A stretch of DNA of 64,000 bases from Vicinamibacterales bacterium (GCA_050185275.1 JBFWZN010000001.1:202621-266620), one strand, 5' to 3'; shown: positions 54,383-63,575, numbered from the stretch's first letter. Made by a program: numbers and translations. Notes: a model not told the origin generated them from the sequence alone.

Positions 54383-55644
54383 GCACGGGGGGACGGCTGG
54401 TTGGCGTGCTGTGGGCGTTGTACGCCCTGGTGGTGTGGGGGATCGCCTCACCCCCACTGGCTCTGGCGCAGGCCGGCATGCCCGATCCGTCGCTGATGGC
54501 CGGACGCGCCCTGCCGGCCCCGGAGTTGCCGACGGGTACGGTCACGGTGCGGGTCATGCGTGAGGCGGTTGGCAACGATGTGCCGGGCGTGTCGGTTCAG
54601 GTCTCGGTGGCTGGAGCCGCGCCCGCGGCGGCAGAGACCGATGGCGCCGGACGCGCCGAGTTCCCCGGACTGCCGTCCGGGGCCGAGGGGCGGGCGGAAG
54701 TGGAGGTCGACGGCGAGCGCCTCGTGTCCGAACCCTTCGTGGTTCCGGCGTCGGGGGGGCTTCGCGTCATTCTCATTTCGGGAGTCGCGGAGGCTGCCGC
54801 CGAACGGGCTGCAGAGGAGGCACGGCTCGCGTCCGAACCTGCCGTGCCGGGCTCGGTCGTCCTCGGTGGCAACTCGCGGATCATCATGGAATTTCAGGAG
54901 GACGCGCTTCGCGTCTTCTATCTGCTGGAGATCGTCAACGGTGCCGCCTCGCGCGTGGACATCGGCGGCCCGTTCCTGCTGGACCTGCCCACGGGCGCAT
55001 CCGGTGCGGCCACCCTGCAGGGCTCGTCGCCCCTGGCCACCATCCGGGGCGACCGCCTGACCGTCACCGGACCGTTTCCTCCGGGCGCCACCTCGGTGCA
55101 GTTGGGCTTCGAGATGCCCTACGATTCGCCGACCGTGGTGATGGAGCAGCCGTTTCCGGTGCCCTTCCAGAACGTGACGGTCGCCGTCGAGCAGGTCGGT
55201 GCGCTCACGCTCCAGTCTGCCCAGCTCACTGAGAGTTCGCAGGTGCGGGCCGACGACGGCACCGCCTACCTGATGGCCTCCGGACCAGCCCTGCCGGCGG
55301 GCGGTGCCCTCGTGCTCGAACTCGGCAACCTGCCCGTGCACAGCCAGACGCCTCGCAACGTGGCGCTCATGCTGGCCGCCGCGGCCCTCGCACTCGGTGT
55401 GTGGCTGTCGGTAACCCATCGACCGGTCGTGGAGGTCCGCGATCGGGCCGCGCTGATCCGGCGTCGGGATACGCTCCTGTCGCAGCTGGCGCCGCTCGAA
55501 GCCCGCCACCGCAGCGGCACCGAGACCGAGGCGCAAGCCGCGCGTCGGCGGCGCCTGCTGACGGAACTGGAGCACATCTACGGTGAGCTCGACGAGGCCG
55601 CGCCCTCCGGGCCGCAGGGAGGCGGCGAGGGCGTCGCCGCGTGA
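54379..55644 (+). CDS. exported carboxypeptidase-regulatory-like (Ig-fold) protein with a C-terminal TM anchor and cytoplasmic helix (function unknown)
   Basis: ATGA overlap with the upstream gene. Signal peptide LVGVLWALYALVVWGIASPPLALAQA. VTVRVMREAVGNDVPGVSVQVSV...TDGAGRAEFPGLPSG. TM helix VALMLAAAALALGVWLSV, then RRRDTLLSQLAPLEARHRSG...RRRRLLTELEHIYGELDEA. Confidence 0.6.
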   Translation: MSTGGRLVGVLWALYALVVWGIASPPLALAQAGMPDPSLMAGRALPAPELPTGTVTVRVMREAVGNDVPGVSVQVSVAGAAPAAAETDGAGRAEFPGLPSGAEGRAEVEVDGERLVSEPFVVPASGGLRVILISGVAEAAAERAAEEARLASEPAVPGSVVLGGNSRIIMEFQEDALRVFYLLEIVNGAASRVDIGGPFLLDLPTGASGAATLQGSSPLATIRGDRLTVTGPFPPGATSVQLGFEMPYDSPTVVMEQPFPVPFQNVTVAVEQVGALTLQSAQLTESSQVRADDGTAYLMASGPALPAGGALVLELGNLPVHSQTPRNVALMLAAAALALGVWLSVTHRPVVEVRDRAALIRRRDTLLSQLAPLEARHRSGTETEAQAARRRRLLTELEHIYGELDEAAPSGPQGGGEGVAA

Positions 55645-56372
55645 GGGCCGATTTCGACGAGCTGGGCGTCGAGGAGCTCTCCAGACATTTCGGCCGCCGG
55701 CGGGCCGTGTCCCGCATCACGTTCCGCGTCGCGGCCGGCAGCATCGTCGGTCTCCTGGGGCCGAACGGCGCGGGCAAGTCCACGATGATCGGCTTGCTCG
55801 CCACACTCATCCGGCCCACGTCAGGACTCATCCGGTACGGACGGCTCGTGGTCGATGCGGGCCACGCCGCCGGGCAGCACGGCGCAGCCCTGCGCGCGGC
55901 GATTGGCGTGCTCGGACACGACCTGTTCCTCTATCCGGAGCTCAGTGCCCTCGAGAACCTCACCTTCTTCGCCGGCCTGCACGGCGTGGCCCATCCGCAT
56001 CGCGCGGCCCTCGAGGCGCTCGAGCACGCCGGGCTCGATGCGCGTGCGCACGACCCGGTCGGCAGCTTCTCCCGGGGCATGCGTCAACGTGTGGCGCTGG
56101 AGCGGGCGCTCATCCACCGGCCACGCCTGGTCCTGCTGGATGAACCGTTCACGGGGCTCGACGATGCCTCGACGGGACGCCTGGTGTCGAGACTGGAAGG
56201 GCTGCGCGACGCGGGGACGGCCGTTCTGCTCGCCACGCACGATCTCGACGTCGCCGACGGGCTCCTGGACGCGGCCGTGTTCCTGAAGGACGGTCGGCTC
56301 GTCGATACGGTCGCCCAGCCGTCGGCGCTTCGCGCCACCTATCGGCAGCTCATGGCGCGGCCGGTCTCCTAG
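55641..56372 (+). CDS. ccmA: haem exporter ABC ATPase CcmA
   Basis: GTGA overlap with the upstream gene. Walker A GPNGAGKST, signature FSRGMRQR, Walker B LVLLDEPFTGLD. Sits directly upstream of ccmB and ccmC. Confidence 0.85.
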   Translation: MRADFDELGVEELSRHFGRRRAVSRITFRVAAGSIVGLLGPNGAGKSTMIGLLATLIRPTSGLIRYGRLVVDAGHAAGQHGAALRAAIGVLGHDLFLYPELSALENLTFFAGLHGVAHPHRAALEALEHAGLDARAHDPVGSFSRGMRQRVALERALIHRPRLVLLDEPFTGLDDASTGRLVSRLEGLRDAGTAVLLATHDLDVADGLLDAAVFLKDGRLVDTVAQPSALRATYRQLMARPVS

Positions 56373-56373
56373 C

Positions 56374-57051
56374 ATGTTCCTGCGAGGCGTCTGGCTGGTG
56401 GTGCGCAAGGACCTCACGGTGGAGGTGCGCAGCCGCGAGATCGCCTACACCACGCTCTTCTTCGCCGTCTCGTGCGTCCTGATCTTCGCGTTCGCCCTGG
56501 TGCGGGAGGGGAGGGCGCCCGACGAGGCGGCGCCTGCGGTGCTCTGGGTGGCGATCGCGTTTGCCGGGACGCTCGCGCTCGGGCGGACGTTCGAGCGGGA
56601 GCGACAGGCCGAGACGCTGCGCGCACTCCTGCTGGCACCGGTCGATCGCCCGGCCATCTACGCGGGGAAGCTCCTGGGGATGATGGCCCTGCTGCTCGCG
56701 ACCGAGTGCGTCCTGGTGCCGCTGGTTGCCCTGCTCTTCCAGGCGCCACTGCTTGGGCATCCGTTCTGGCTGGCGGGCATCCTCGCCACCGGCACCCTCG
56801 GGTTTGCGGCCGTGGGGACTCTGTTCGCCGCGATGCTGGTGCGTGCCCGTACGCGCGACGTGCTGCTTCCGGTCCTGTTGTATCCCATCACCGTTCCGGT
56901 CATCATTGCCGGGGTTCGTGGGACGGCGCTCCTGCTGGAGCCCGAACTCGACGTGGCGCTCCTGCGCTTCTGGCTGGCGCTGCTCGTGACCTTCGATGTC
57001 GTCTTCGTCACGCTGGCGCTGTGGACGTTCGAGCCGCTGATGACGGATTGA
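56374..57051 (+). CDS. ccmB: haem exporter permease CcmB
   Basis: Six-TM protein with the CcmB-typical N-terminus WLVVRKDLTVEVRSRE and FERERQAETLRALLLAPVDR. Confidence 0.85.
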   Translation: MFLRGVWLVVRKDLTVEVRSREIAYTTLFFAVSCVLIFAFALVREGRAPDEAAPAVLWVAIAFAGTLALGRTFERERQAETLRALLLAPVDRPAIYAGKLLGMMALLLATECVLVPLVALLFQAPLLGHPFWLAGILATGTLGFAAVGTLFAAMLVRARTRDVLLPVLLYPITVPVIIAGVRGTALLLEPELDVALLRFWLALLVTFDVVFVTLALWTFEPLMTD

Positions 57052-57081
57052 TGCCCCGGTCTCCGGGGCACCGAGGAGAAG

Positions 57082-57738
57082 ATGCCCAAGTGGTTCCTCC
57101 CAGCCGCCGCCCTCTGTGGCGTGATGTTCGTGGCGTCACCCGTGGTGATCGCGGGAGCGCCCTACGAGTCCACCATGGGGCTGGTGCAGAAGATCTTCTA
57201 CTTTCACATGCCGGCAGCCGTCATGTTCCTGGTGTCAGCTGTGATCTGCGGGGTGGCGAGCGCCCGCTTCCTCTTCCGGGGTGACCCCGCACAGGACCGG
57301 CTCGGATGGGCCGCCGCGGAGCTCACCGTCCTGTTCGGCATCATCGCGCTCGTCACCGGTCCGCTCTGGGCGCGCAAGGCCTGGGGGGTGTGGTGGCAAT
57401 GGGACGTGCGGTTGACCTCGAGTCTCATGGGCTGGATGGTCGCCGTGGCGTACCTGCTGGTCCGCAAGTACGGCGGACCCGGGTCGGAGAAGCTGGCCGC
57501 GGGGCTCGCCCTCTTCGGCATGGCGAACGTGCCGTTCGTGTACATCTCGGTCAACTACTGGCGGACCATCCACCCCACGACCAGCGTGGTGCCCACGTTG
57601 CCGACCTCGATGGGGGGGCCGCTGTGGTTCTGCTTCGCCACGTTCCTCCTGCTGCTCGTACTCCTCCTGCGGCTCCGTGTGCGGCTCGGCGAGGCGCACG
57701 CGAGGCTCGATGCCCTTCATCTCGCGCTGGACGAATGA
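57082..57738 (+). CDS. ccmC: haem exporter/haem-handling protein CcmC
   Basis: IFYFHMPAA and the WWD motif WARKAWGVWWQWDVRLTSSL. Six TM helices. Confidence 0.9.
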   Translation: MPKWFLPAAALCGVMFVASPVVIAGAPYESTMGLVQKIFYFHMPAAVMFLVSAVICGVASARFLFRGDPAQDRLGWAAAELTVLFGIIALVTGPLWARKAWGVWWQWDVRLTSSLMGWMVAVAYLLVRKYGGPGSEKLAAGLALFGMANVPFVYISVNYWRTIHPTTSVVPTLPTSMGGPLWFCFATFLLLLVLLLRLRVRLGEAHARLDALHLALDE

Positions 57739-58037
57739 CTTCGATGACGCTCCCGAGACGTGTGATTGCGATGTGGTGCCTGGCGCTCGCCCTGGTGGCG
57801 GCCGTTCCCGCCGGGCCGGTCGCGCAGGATCAGCCCGCCGCGCAGGACGAGTTCGTGCCCATCTCGGAGCTGCCGCCGCAGGATCAGCTCCCGGCCGCGC
57901 CGCTGCTCGTCGCCGCCTATGCCTTCGTGTGGGTGGCCGTGTTCGCCTACCTCGTGTCCATTGCGAGGCGCCTGCGCGGCGTGCAGCAGGAGGTGGAGCG
58001 GCTGGAGTCGGACCTGGCGAAGGGCCGTCGCACGTGA
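57735..58037 (+). CDS. ccmD: CcmD-like small membrane protein with an N-terminal signal-like extension
   Basis: ATGA overlap with ccmC. The single TM helix LLVAAYAFVWVAVFAYLVSIARR followed by a charged tail is CcmD-like. An extra N-terminal hydrophobic segment (VIAMWCLALALVAAVPAGP) is atypical. Confidence 0.55.
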   Translation: MTSMTLPRRVIAMWCLALALVAAVPAGPVAQDQPAAQDEFVPISELPPQDQLPAAPLLVAAYAFVWVAVFAYLVSIARRLRGVQQEVERLESDLAKGRRT

Positions 58038-58180
58038 CAGCGGCGCACTTTCTCTACATTCCGAGCATCCTGCTCATCGGTATCGTCATCGGGTGGATTC
58101 TGGGCTCGCGCGCTGCCGCCGATGCGTATGCCGCCCAGCTTCGCCGCCTGCAGCAGAAGGGCGGCGGCCCGCCCGCCTGA
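58034..58180 (+). CDS. possible 48-aa single-TM protein
   Basis: GTGA overlap with the ccmD-like gene. HFLYIPSILLIGIVIGWILG TM helix, then a basic tail. It is very short and rests on no homology. Confidence 0.3.
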   Translation: MTAAHFLYIPSILLIGIVIGWILGSRAAADAYAAQLRRLQQKGGGPPA

Positions 58181-58186
58181 GCCACG

Positions 58187-58921
58187 CTATCGTCCCAGAC
58201 CGAGTCGCTGCGCCAGCATCTCGGGCAGTCCGGCCTGGAGGATCTTCGCCTGTGCCGCCGCGATGTCGTAGGCGGTGCGGGCGAAGGTGATGGTCAGGGC
58301 CGACGAGTCCACGATGCCGAACGCCGCGCGAGGGTCGGCGTCGCGCGGCTGCCCGACCGAGCCCACGTTCACCAGGTACCGGGATTCCCCGTCGAGCGCC
58401 AGCGCGCCCGGTCGTGCGGTGGCGACATCGACCGCGTGCCGCTGCGGATCGAAGCGGAAGACCGCCGGCACGTGCGTGTGTCCGAACAGGCAGACGGCCC
58501 GGCGGGCGCTGCGCAGGGCCCGCGTGGCGTCGTATTCGTCGAAGACGTAGACGTCCTCGTCGAAGGGGGTGCCATGGCAGATCTCGATGAGCGGTCCCAC
58601 GTCGAGCGGGCCCGTGGCGAGGTCGGTGAGCCACTGCAGATTGTCAGGCGCGAGCTGGCTGCTCGTCCACGCGATCGCCTGGCGTGCCAGGTGATTGAAC
58701 GCGCGTACGTCGGCGATGCCCGCCGCGACCTTGTCGTGGTTTCCGCGGATCACCGTCGCTGACGGCAGGGCCCGCACCCGCTCCACGACGGCGTTGGGAT
58801 CGGCACCGTAGCCGACCAGGTCGCCCAGCACGAGGACGTGGTCCCACGGCGCGGCGGCCTCGAGGACGGCCTCGAGTGCCTCCAGGTTCGCGTGGATGTC
58901 ACTGAGAACCAGGTAGCGCAT
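58187..58921 (-). CDS. metallophosphoesterase-family protein (YfcE/MJ0936-like)
   Basis: MRYLVLSDIHAN, VLVLGDLVGYG, RGNHD, LFGHTH and NVGSVGQPRD. Confidence 0.8.
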   Translation of the reverse strand: MRYLVLSDIHANLEALEAVLEAAAPWDHVLVLGDLVGYGADPNAVVERVRALPSATVIRGNHDKVAAGIADVRAFNHLARQAIAWTSSQLAPDNLQWLTDLATGPLDVGPLIEICHGTPFDEDVYVFDEYDATRALRSARRAVCLFGHTHVPAVFRFDPQRHAVDVATARPGALALDGESRYLVNVGSVGQPRDADPRAAFGIVDSSALTITFARTAYDIAAAQAKILQAGLPEMLAQRLGLGR

Positions 58922-59418
58922 CAGAATCCGATCCAGGCCAGGAGGCGCTCGACCACCTCCTCGAGCGGTCGTGAGGCGTCGACGCGCACGTGCGCTTCAC
59001 AGTAGGACAGCAGGCGGCGGTGGTACAGCTGTTCCATGCTCTGGCGATCCGCGGCGAGCGGACGGCGGCCGTCAGCTGGAATCCTCGCCACCAGGCGTTC
59101 GAACGGGAGGTCGAGCCAGGCGACCGCGCCGTCGGAGAGCATGAGGGCGCGGTTGTCCGGCTCGGCGAACGTTCCGCCACCGGTGGCCACGATCACCTCG
59201 CGGGCGGGCAGGAGGTCGCGGAGCACGGTGCGTTCCACCTGACGGAAGTAGGGTTCGCCGTGCGAGGCGAAGATGTCGGCCACGGTCCGTCGTTCGCGGT
59301 GCTCGATGCGCTCATCGACGTCCTCCAGCCGCCAGCCGATGCGGCGACTGAGGGCGCGTCCGACACTGGTCTTGCCCGCGCCCATGAAGCCGACCAGATA
59401 GAGCTTGTCCGTCCTCAC
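58921..59418 (-). CDS. aroK: shikimate kinase
   Basis: GTG start in a GTGA overlap with aroA. Walker A LVGFMGAGKTSVGRAL, plus VIVATGGG. Confidence 0.88.
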   Translation of the reverse strand: MRTDKLYLVGFMGAGKTSVGRALSRRIGWRLEDVDERIEHRERRTVADIFASHGEPYFRQVERTVLRDLLPAREVIVATGGGTFAEPDNRALMLSDGAVAWLDLPFERLVARIPADGRRPLAADRQSMEQLYHRRLLSYCEAHVRVDASRPLEEVVERLLAWIGF

Positions 59419-60722
59419 GCGCAGAGCGATTCGAGCACGGAGAAGAACTCCGGGTACGAAACCGCAGCGGCGCCGGCGTCGTGAATCGTGGTCGGGCCCG
59501 TGGCGCCAAGGGCCGCGATGGCGAAGGCCATGGCCAGACGGTGATCGTGGCGCGCGTCGACGTTCCCCCCGTGCAGAGGCCGGTCGCCCTGGACGTGAAA
59601 GCCGTCCGGGCGCTCCTCGATGTGCCCGCCCATGGCGCGGAGGCCCGCGGCGAGGGCCGTGATCCGGTCGCTTTCCTTCACGCGAAGTTCCGCCGCCCCG
59701 CTCACCTGCAAGTCCCCGCCGAGCGTCGCCAGGGCCGCCAGGACGGGCAACTCGTCGATGACACCGGGCACCTCCTCCGGTGCGATCACGGCCGGCCGGG
59801 GCGCGCCGTGGCGGGCCACGATGCGTCCAAGCGGTTCACCCGGCCCCTGGGCGTCCGGCTCCACGTCGAGCTGCGCGCCCATCCGCCTGAGGACATCGAT
59901 AATCCCCGTGCGGGTGGGGTTGAGGCCGGTCTGCTCCACGACGACCTCCGAGCCGGGGAGCGCGGCGGCGGCGACCAGCCAGAACGCGGCGGAGGAAATG
60001 TCGCCGGGCACCGTGAGCCTGGCGCCCGTCAGCCGCTGGCGTCCCGCGATTGACACGGTGGTCCCGTGCTCCTCGACGGTCGCGCCAAAGGCTCGAAGCG
60101 CGCGTTCCGAGTGGTCGCGCGTTCTGAGCGGCTCGACGACGGAGGTGACGCCCGGTGCATGGAGCCCGGCGAAGAGCACGGCGCTCTTCACCTGGGCGCT
60201 GGCGTGCTCCGGCGCGAAGACGATGGGACTGAGCGGATCGGCGCCTCGCACGACGAGGGGCGGCAGTCCATCGACCGAGTCGATGTGCGCGCCCATCCGC
60301 TCCAGCGGCACGATGATGCGGCGCATCGGCCGTCGCCGGAGCGAGTCGTCACCGGTGATGGGGCTCGCGAAGGGGTGTGCCGCCAGCACGCCGGCGAGCA
60401 TGCGCATGGTACTGCCCGAGTTGCCGGCATCGAGCGTCGCGCGGGGGACCTCGAGACCGCCAAGGCCGCGTCCCTCGATGGCGAGGGACAGGCCGGCCGC
60501 CGCGTCGCGCCCGGTTTCCTCCACGCGTACGCCCAGCGCGCGGAGGCAGGCCAGCGTGGACGCGCAGTCGGCGCCGGTCGAGTACCCCTCGATGAGGGAC
60601 GTGCCATCGGCGATGGCAGCCAGCAGGGCATAGCGGTGAGAGATCGACTTGTCGCCCGGAGGCCGCACCCGGCCCCGGACGCGGGCCGCAGGGTGGACCG
60701 TGACCGCGAACGTTGAGCGCAT
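59415..60722 (-). CDS. aroA: 3-phosphoshikimate 1-carboxyvinyltransferase (EPSP synthase)
   Basis: PPGDKSISHRYALLAA, LDAGNSGSTMR, KESDR and HDHRLAMAFAIAAL. Confidence 0.93.
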   Translation of the reverse strand: MRSTFAVTVHPAARVRGRVRPPGDKSISHRYALLAAIADGTSLIEGYSTGADCASTLACLRALGVRVEETGRDAAAGLSLAIEGRGLGGLEVPRATLDAGNSGSTMRMLAGVLAAHPFASPITGDDSLRRRPMRRIIVPLERMGAHIDSVDGLPPLVVRGADPLSPIVFAPEHASAQVKSAVLFAGLHAPGVTSVVEPLRTRDHSERALRAFGATVEEHGTTVSIAGRQRLTGARLTVPGDISSAAFWLVAAAALPGSEVVVEQTGLNPTRTGIIDVLRRMGAQLDVEPDAQGPGEPLGRIVARHGAPRPAVIAPEEVPGVIDELPVLAALATLGGDLQVSGAAELRVKESDRITALAAGLRAMGGHIEERPDGFHVQGDRPLHGGNVDARHDHRLAMAFAIAALGATGPTTIHDAGAAAVSYPEFFSVLESLCA

Positions 60723-60780
60723 CGCACAGCACTATAGCAGGCCGGCGACTCCCGGACTGTCGTGGTGTGCGGGGAGGTCG

Positions 60781-60786
60781 TATAAT
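60781..60786 (+). promoter_or_regulatory. perfect TATAAT hexamer 12 nt upstream of the HATPase gene ATG
   Basis: GGTCGTATAATCCCGTGGGCTTCATG. This would give a very short (about 5 nt) leader. No good -35 element (TGTCGT at the 17-nt spacing). Confidence 0.3.
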
Positions 60787-60798
60787 CCCGTGGGCTTC

Positions 60799-61242
60799 AT
60801 GGGCGGAACGAGCGTCAGTCTCGACTTCTGCGGCGCGTTCGACATGCTGGACTTCGTACAGCTGGTCAGCGAGCGCCTTGGGCGGCTCTCCGGCCTCGAC
60901 GGAGACGACCTGCACTGGGTGACCGTGGCCGTGCGCGAGTCGGTCATCAACGCCATCAAGCACGGAAACGGCAACGACGAGCGGAAGCGGGTCTTCGTGG
61001 AGTTCACGCCCCTCGACGGCCGTCCGCACGGCCTGTCGATTCGCGTCCGCGACCAGGGCGAGGGCTTCGACCCCGGAGCCCTGCCCGATCCCCTTGCCGC
61101 CGACAATCTGCTCAAGGCCAGCGGCCGCGGGATTTTCCTCATTCGCACGTTCATGGACGAGACGACGCTGCGCCGCGCTCCCGAGGGCGGCATGGAGGTC
61201 GTGATGGTCAAGCGCGCCCACGCCGGCGCGGCCGGGCTCTAG
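60799..61242 (+). CDS. stand-alone HATPase_c protein, RsbW/SpoIIAB-like anti-sigma serine kinase type
   Basis: Start at internal MGGTSV. N-box VRESVINAIKHGN, G-boxes RDQGEGFDP and SGRGIFLIRTFMDE. No DHp domain and no adjacent STAS or sigma-factor gene. Confidence 0.7.
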   Translation: MGGTSVSLDFCGAFDMLDFVQLVSERLGRLSGLDGDDLHWVTVAVRESVINAIKHGNGNDERKRVFVEFTPLDGRPHGLSIRVRDQGEGFDPGALPDPLAADNLLKASGRGIFLIRTFMDETTLRRAPEGGMEVVMVKRAHAGAAGL

Positions 61243-61252
61243 CACGCACATC

Positions 61253-62050
61253 GTGTCGAACGCCGCCTACCTCGCCACCGCTACCGAGATCGTTCTGCGT
61301 GCAGGGGAGATGCAGCTGGCCGGCCGGGCATCGGGCTTCAGCGTGCAGAAGAAGGGGCGCATCGATCTGGTGACGGAGATCGATCTCGCGTGCGAACGCA
61401 TGTGCCGCGACGTGCTCGCGGCGCGTTACCCGGATCACGAGATCCTCGGCGAGGAACTCGGCCCCGGACCCGCCGTGACGTCGACGGCTTCCGCCCGATG
61501 GGTCTTCGATCCGCTCGATGGCACCACCAACTTCGCGCATGGACTGCCCATCTTCTGCGCGTCGCTGGCCCTCGAGATCGATGGTCGCGCGGAGGTGGGC
61601 GCCATCTACGATCCGAGCCGGCGCGAACTGTTCACCGCGGAGCGCGGGCAGGGCGCGTTCCTCAACGGTCAGGCGCTCCGGGTATCGGAGACGCCAGTCC
61701 TCGAAGACGCGCTGCTCGTCACCGGCTTTCCGTACGACGCGCCAATGGGCTGGGACGACCTGCTGCGCCTGTTCGGGGGGTTCCTTCAGTCGGCTCGTGC
61801 GGTGCGACGGCTGGGATCGGCGGCCCTCGATCTCTGCTACGTGGCGGCCGGACGGTTCGACGGGTTCTGGGAGCAGCAACTACGGCCGTGGGACGTGGCT
61901 GCCGGTGCGCTCATGGTCGAGGAGGCCGGTGGGCGGCTGAGCGGTCTCGCCGGTGATCCCTATGCGTCCGGCCACGGGGAGATCGTGGCGAGCAATGGCC
62001 GCATCCACGCGCAGATGCTCGACGTCATCCGGACGCACCGCCCTCTCTAG
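61253..62050 (+). CDS. inositol monophosphatase family protein (SuhB-like)
   Basis: GTG start. Motifs seen: LGEE, WVFDPLDGTTNFAHGLP and WDVAAGALMVEEAGG. Confidence 0.88.
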   Translation: MSNAAYLATATEIVLRAGEMQLAGRASGFSVQKKGRIDLVTEIDLACERMCRDVLAARYPDHEILGEELGPGPAVTSTASARWVFDPLDGTTNFAHGLPIFCASLALEIDGRAEVGAIYDPSRRELFTAERGQGAFLNGQALRVSETPVLEDALLVTGFPYDAPMGWDDLLRLFGGFLQSARAVRRLGSAALDLCYVAAGRFDGFWEQQLRPWDVAAGALMVEEAGGRLSGLAGDPYASGHGEIVASNGRIHAQMLDVIRTHRPL

Positions 62051-62186
62051 CGGACGTCCCATCCCGGGATCTCCACACTCGCACCTGCGGCAGGCGGCCC
62101 ACACCCCGATTCACGACGGGTGCAGCTTGGCATCGCTCCTGCAAAGGCTCGGGCCATTCGCCCTGGTGGGGCATTGCGGAGGATGC

Positions 62187-62882
62187 ATGAGACGACACCT
62201 CTTCGTATGGCTGGTCGTGGCCGTCAGCGCGGGGATGCTGCCCGGCGCGGCCGGTGCGCAGACGCTGAACTTCGGTGTGGGCGGCTTCACGGTCCGTGGT
62301 GAGGATGCGCGTGTCGAGGGCGACGTGCTGAACGCGAACCGGGAACTGCTGGCGTTCGATATCGAGGAGTTCAACGGCCCCTACGTCGGCGCCGAGTGGC
62401 TGGTGCCCTTCGCGGGATATTTCGAAGCGGGAGCCGGCATCGGCTTCTCTCGCCGGACGGTACCCAGCGTGTACGCCGACTTCATCGACGCCGACGGGAC
62501 CGAGATCGAACAGGACCTGCGGCTTCGGCTCGTCCCGGTTGCCTTCTCGGTGCGGGTGGTGCCGTTCGGGCATGAACGCGGCGTGCAGCCCTACGTGGGC
62601 GTGGGTGTCGGCGTGACCGGATGGCGCTACAGCGAGTCCGGCGAGTTCGTGGACTTCTCGAGCGGCAGGAACACCATCTTCCGCGACACGTTCGTGGCGA
62701 GCGGCACATCGGCCGGGCCTCTGGTCCTGGGCGGCATCCGGTTCGCGTCGGACACGTTCGTCGGCGGTGGGGAAGTGCGCTACTCGAGTGCCGACGCCGA
62801 GCTCGGTCCCGACTTCCTCGGCAGCCGGCTCGACCTGGGCGGGTGGACCTACACTGTCACCTTCGGCGTGAAGTTCAACTGA
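62187..62882 (+). CDS. small outer-membrane beta-barrel protein (OmpW/OmpA-barrel-like)
   Basis: GGAGGA Shine-Dalgarno, then MRRHLFVWLVVAVSAGMLPGAAGAQ signal peptide. Alternating-residue strands follow. C-terminus GGWTYTVTFGVKFN. Confidence 0.65.
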   Translation: MRRHLFVWLVVAVSAGMLPGAAGAQTLNFGVGGFTVRGEDARVEGDVLNANRELLAFDIEEFNGPYVGAEWLVPFAGYFEAGAGIGFSRRTVPSVYADFIDADGTEIEQDLRLRLVPVAFSVRVVPFGHERGVQPYVGVGVGVTGWRYSESGEFVDFSSGRNTIFRDTFVASGTSAGPLVLGGIRFASDTFVGGGEVRYSSADAELGPDFLGSRLDLGGWTYTVTFGVKFN

Positions 62883-62981
62883 GCGTCGCGCCGGATGGGC
62901 ATGGCCCCGTCCGGCGCGTTATAATCGCCTCCCGCCGGGCGTCCGGCCCTCCGGCTCCTTCCCTCATCGAGACTGCGGCGA

Positions 62982-63575
62982 GTGCGATCGTTCATCACCT
63001 GGCTGTACGGCTTCGCCCTGTCCATCGGCGGCGCAGGGCTCTTCGTCATTGCGTTCCTCGACTCGTCCTTCGTGTCGTTGCCCCAGATCAACGACGTGCT
63101 GGTCGTGCTGATGGTCGTGCAGGACAAGCCGTGGATGCCGTACTACGCGCTGATGGCGTCGCTCGGATCGGTGGCCGGCTGCTGGGTGCTGTACTGGCTG
63201 GCCGGTCGCGGCGGCGACGCCTTCCTGCGGCGTCGCGTCCGGGCCGGACACGTGGACCGGGTCCTCGCCGCATACCGGCGGTGGGGGCTGCTGGCGCTGG
63301 TCGTCCCGGCCCTGCTGCCCCCGCCGGCTCCGTTCAAGCTCTTCGTGCTGATGGCGGGCGTTGCGGGTGTACGTCCGGCGGCCTTCGTGGGCGCGGTGTT
63401 CGCCGCGCGCTTCGCGCGCTACCTGGCCCTGGGCGTCCTCGCGATCTACTACGGTGATGCCGCGCTCGAGTTGATGCGCACACGCGGCGCCGAGGTGGCA
63501 CTCGCCGTGGTCGGGCTGATCCTGCTGGGCGCCGCAGGCTGGTGGGCGCTGCGGCGGTACAATGCCCGCCGGTGA
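62982..63575 (+). CDS. DedA/YqaA (SNARE-associated) family membrane protein
   Basis: GTG start. GAGLFVIAFLDSSFVSLPQINDVLVV, and the conserved PPPAPFKLFVLMAGV pattern. Confidence 0.75.
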   Translation: MRSFITWLYGFALSIGGAGLFVIAFLDSSFVSLPQINDVLVVLMVVQDKPWMPYYALMASLGSVAGCWVLYWLAGRGGDAFLRRRVRAGHVDRVLAAYRRWGLLALVVPALLPPPAPFKLFVLMAGVAGVRPAAFVGAVFAARFARYLALGVLAIYYGDAALELMRTRGAEVALAVVGLILLGAAGWWALRRYNARR

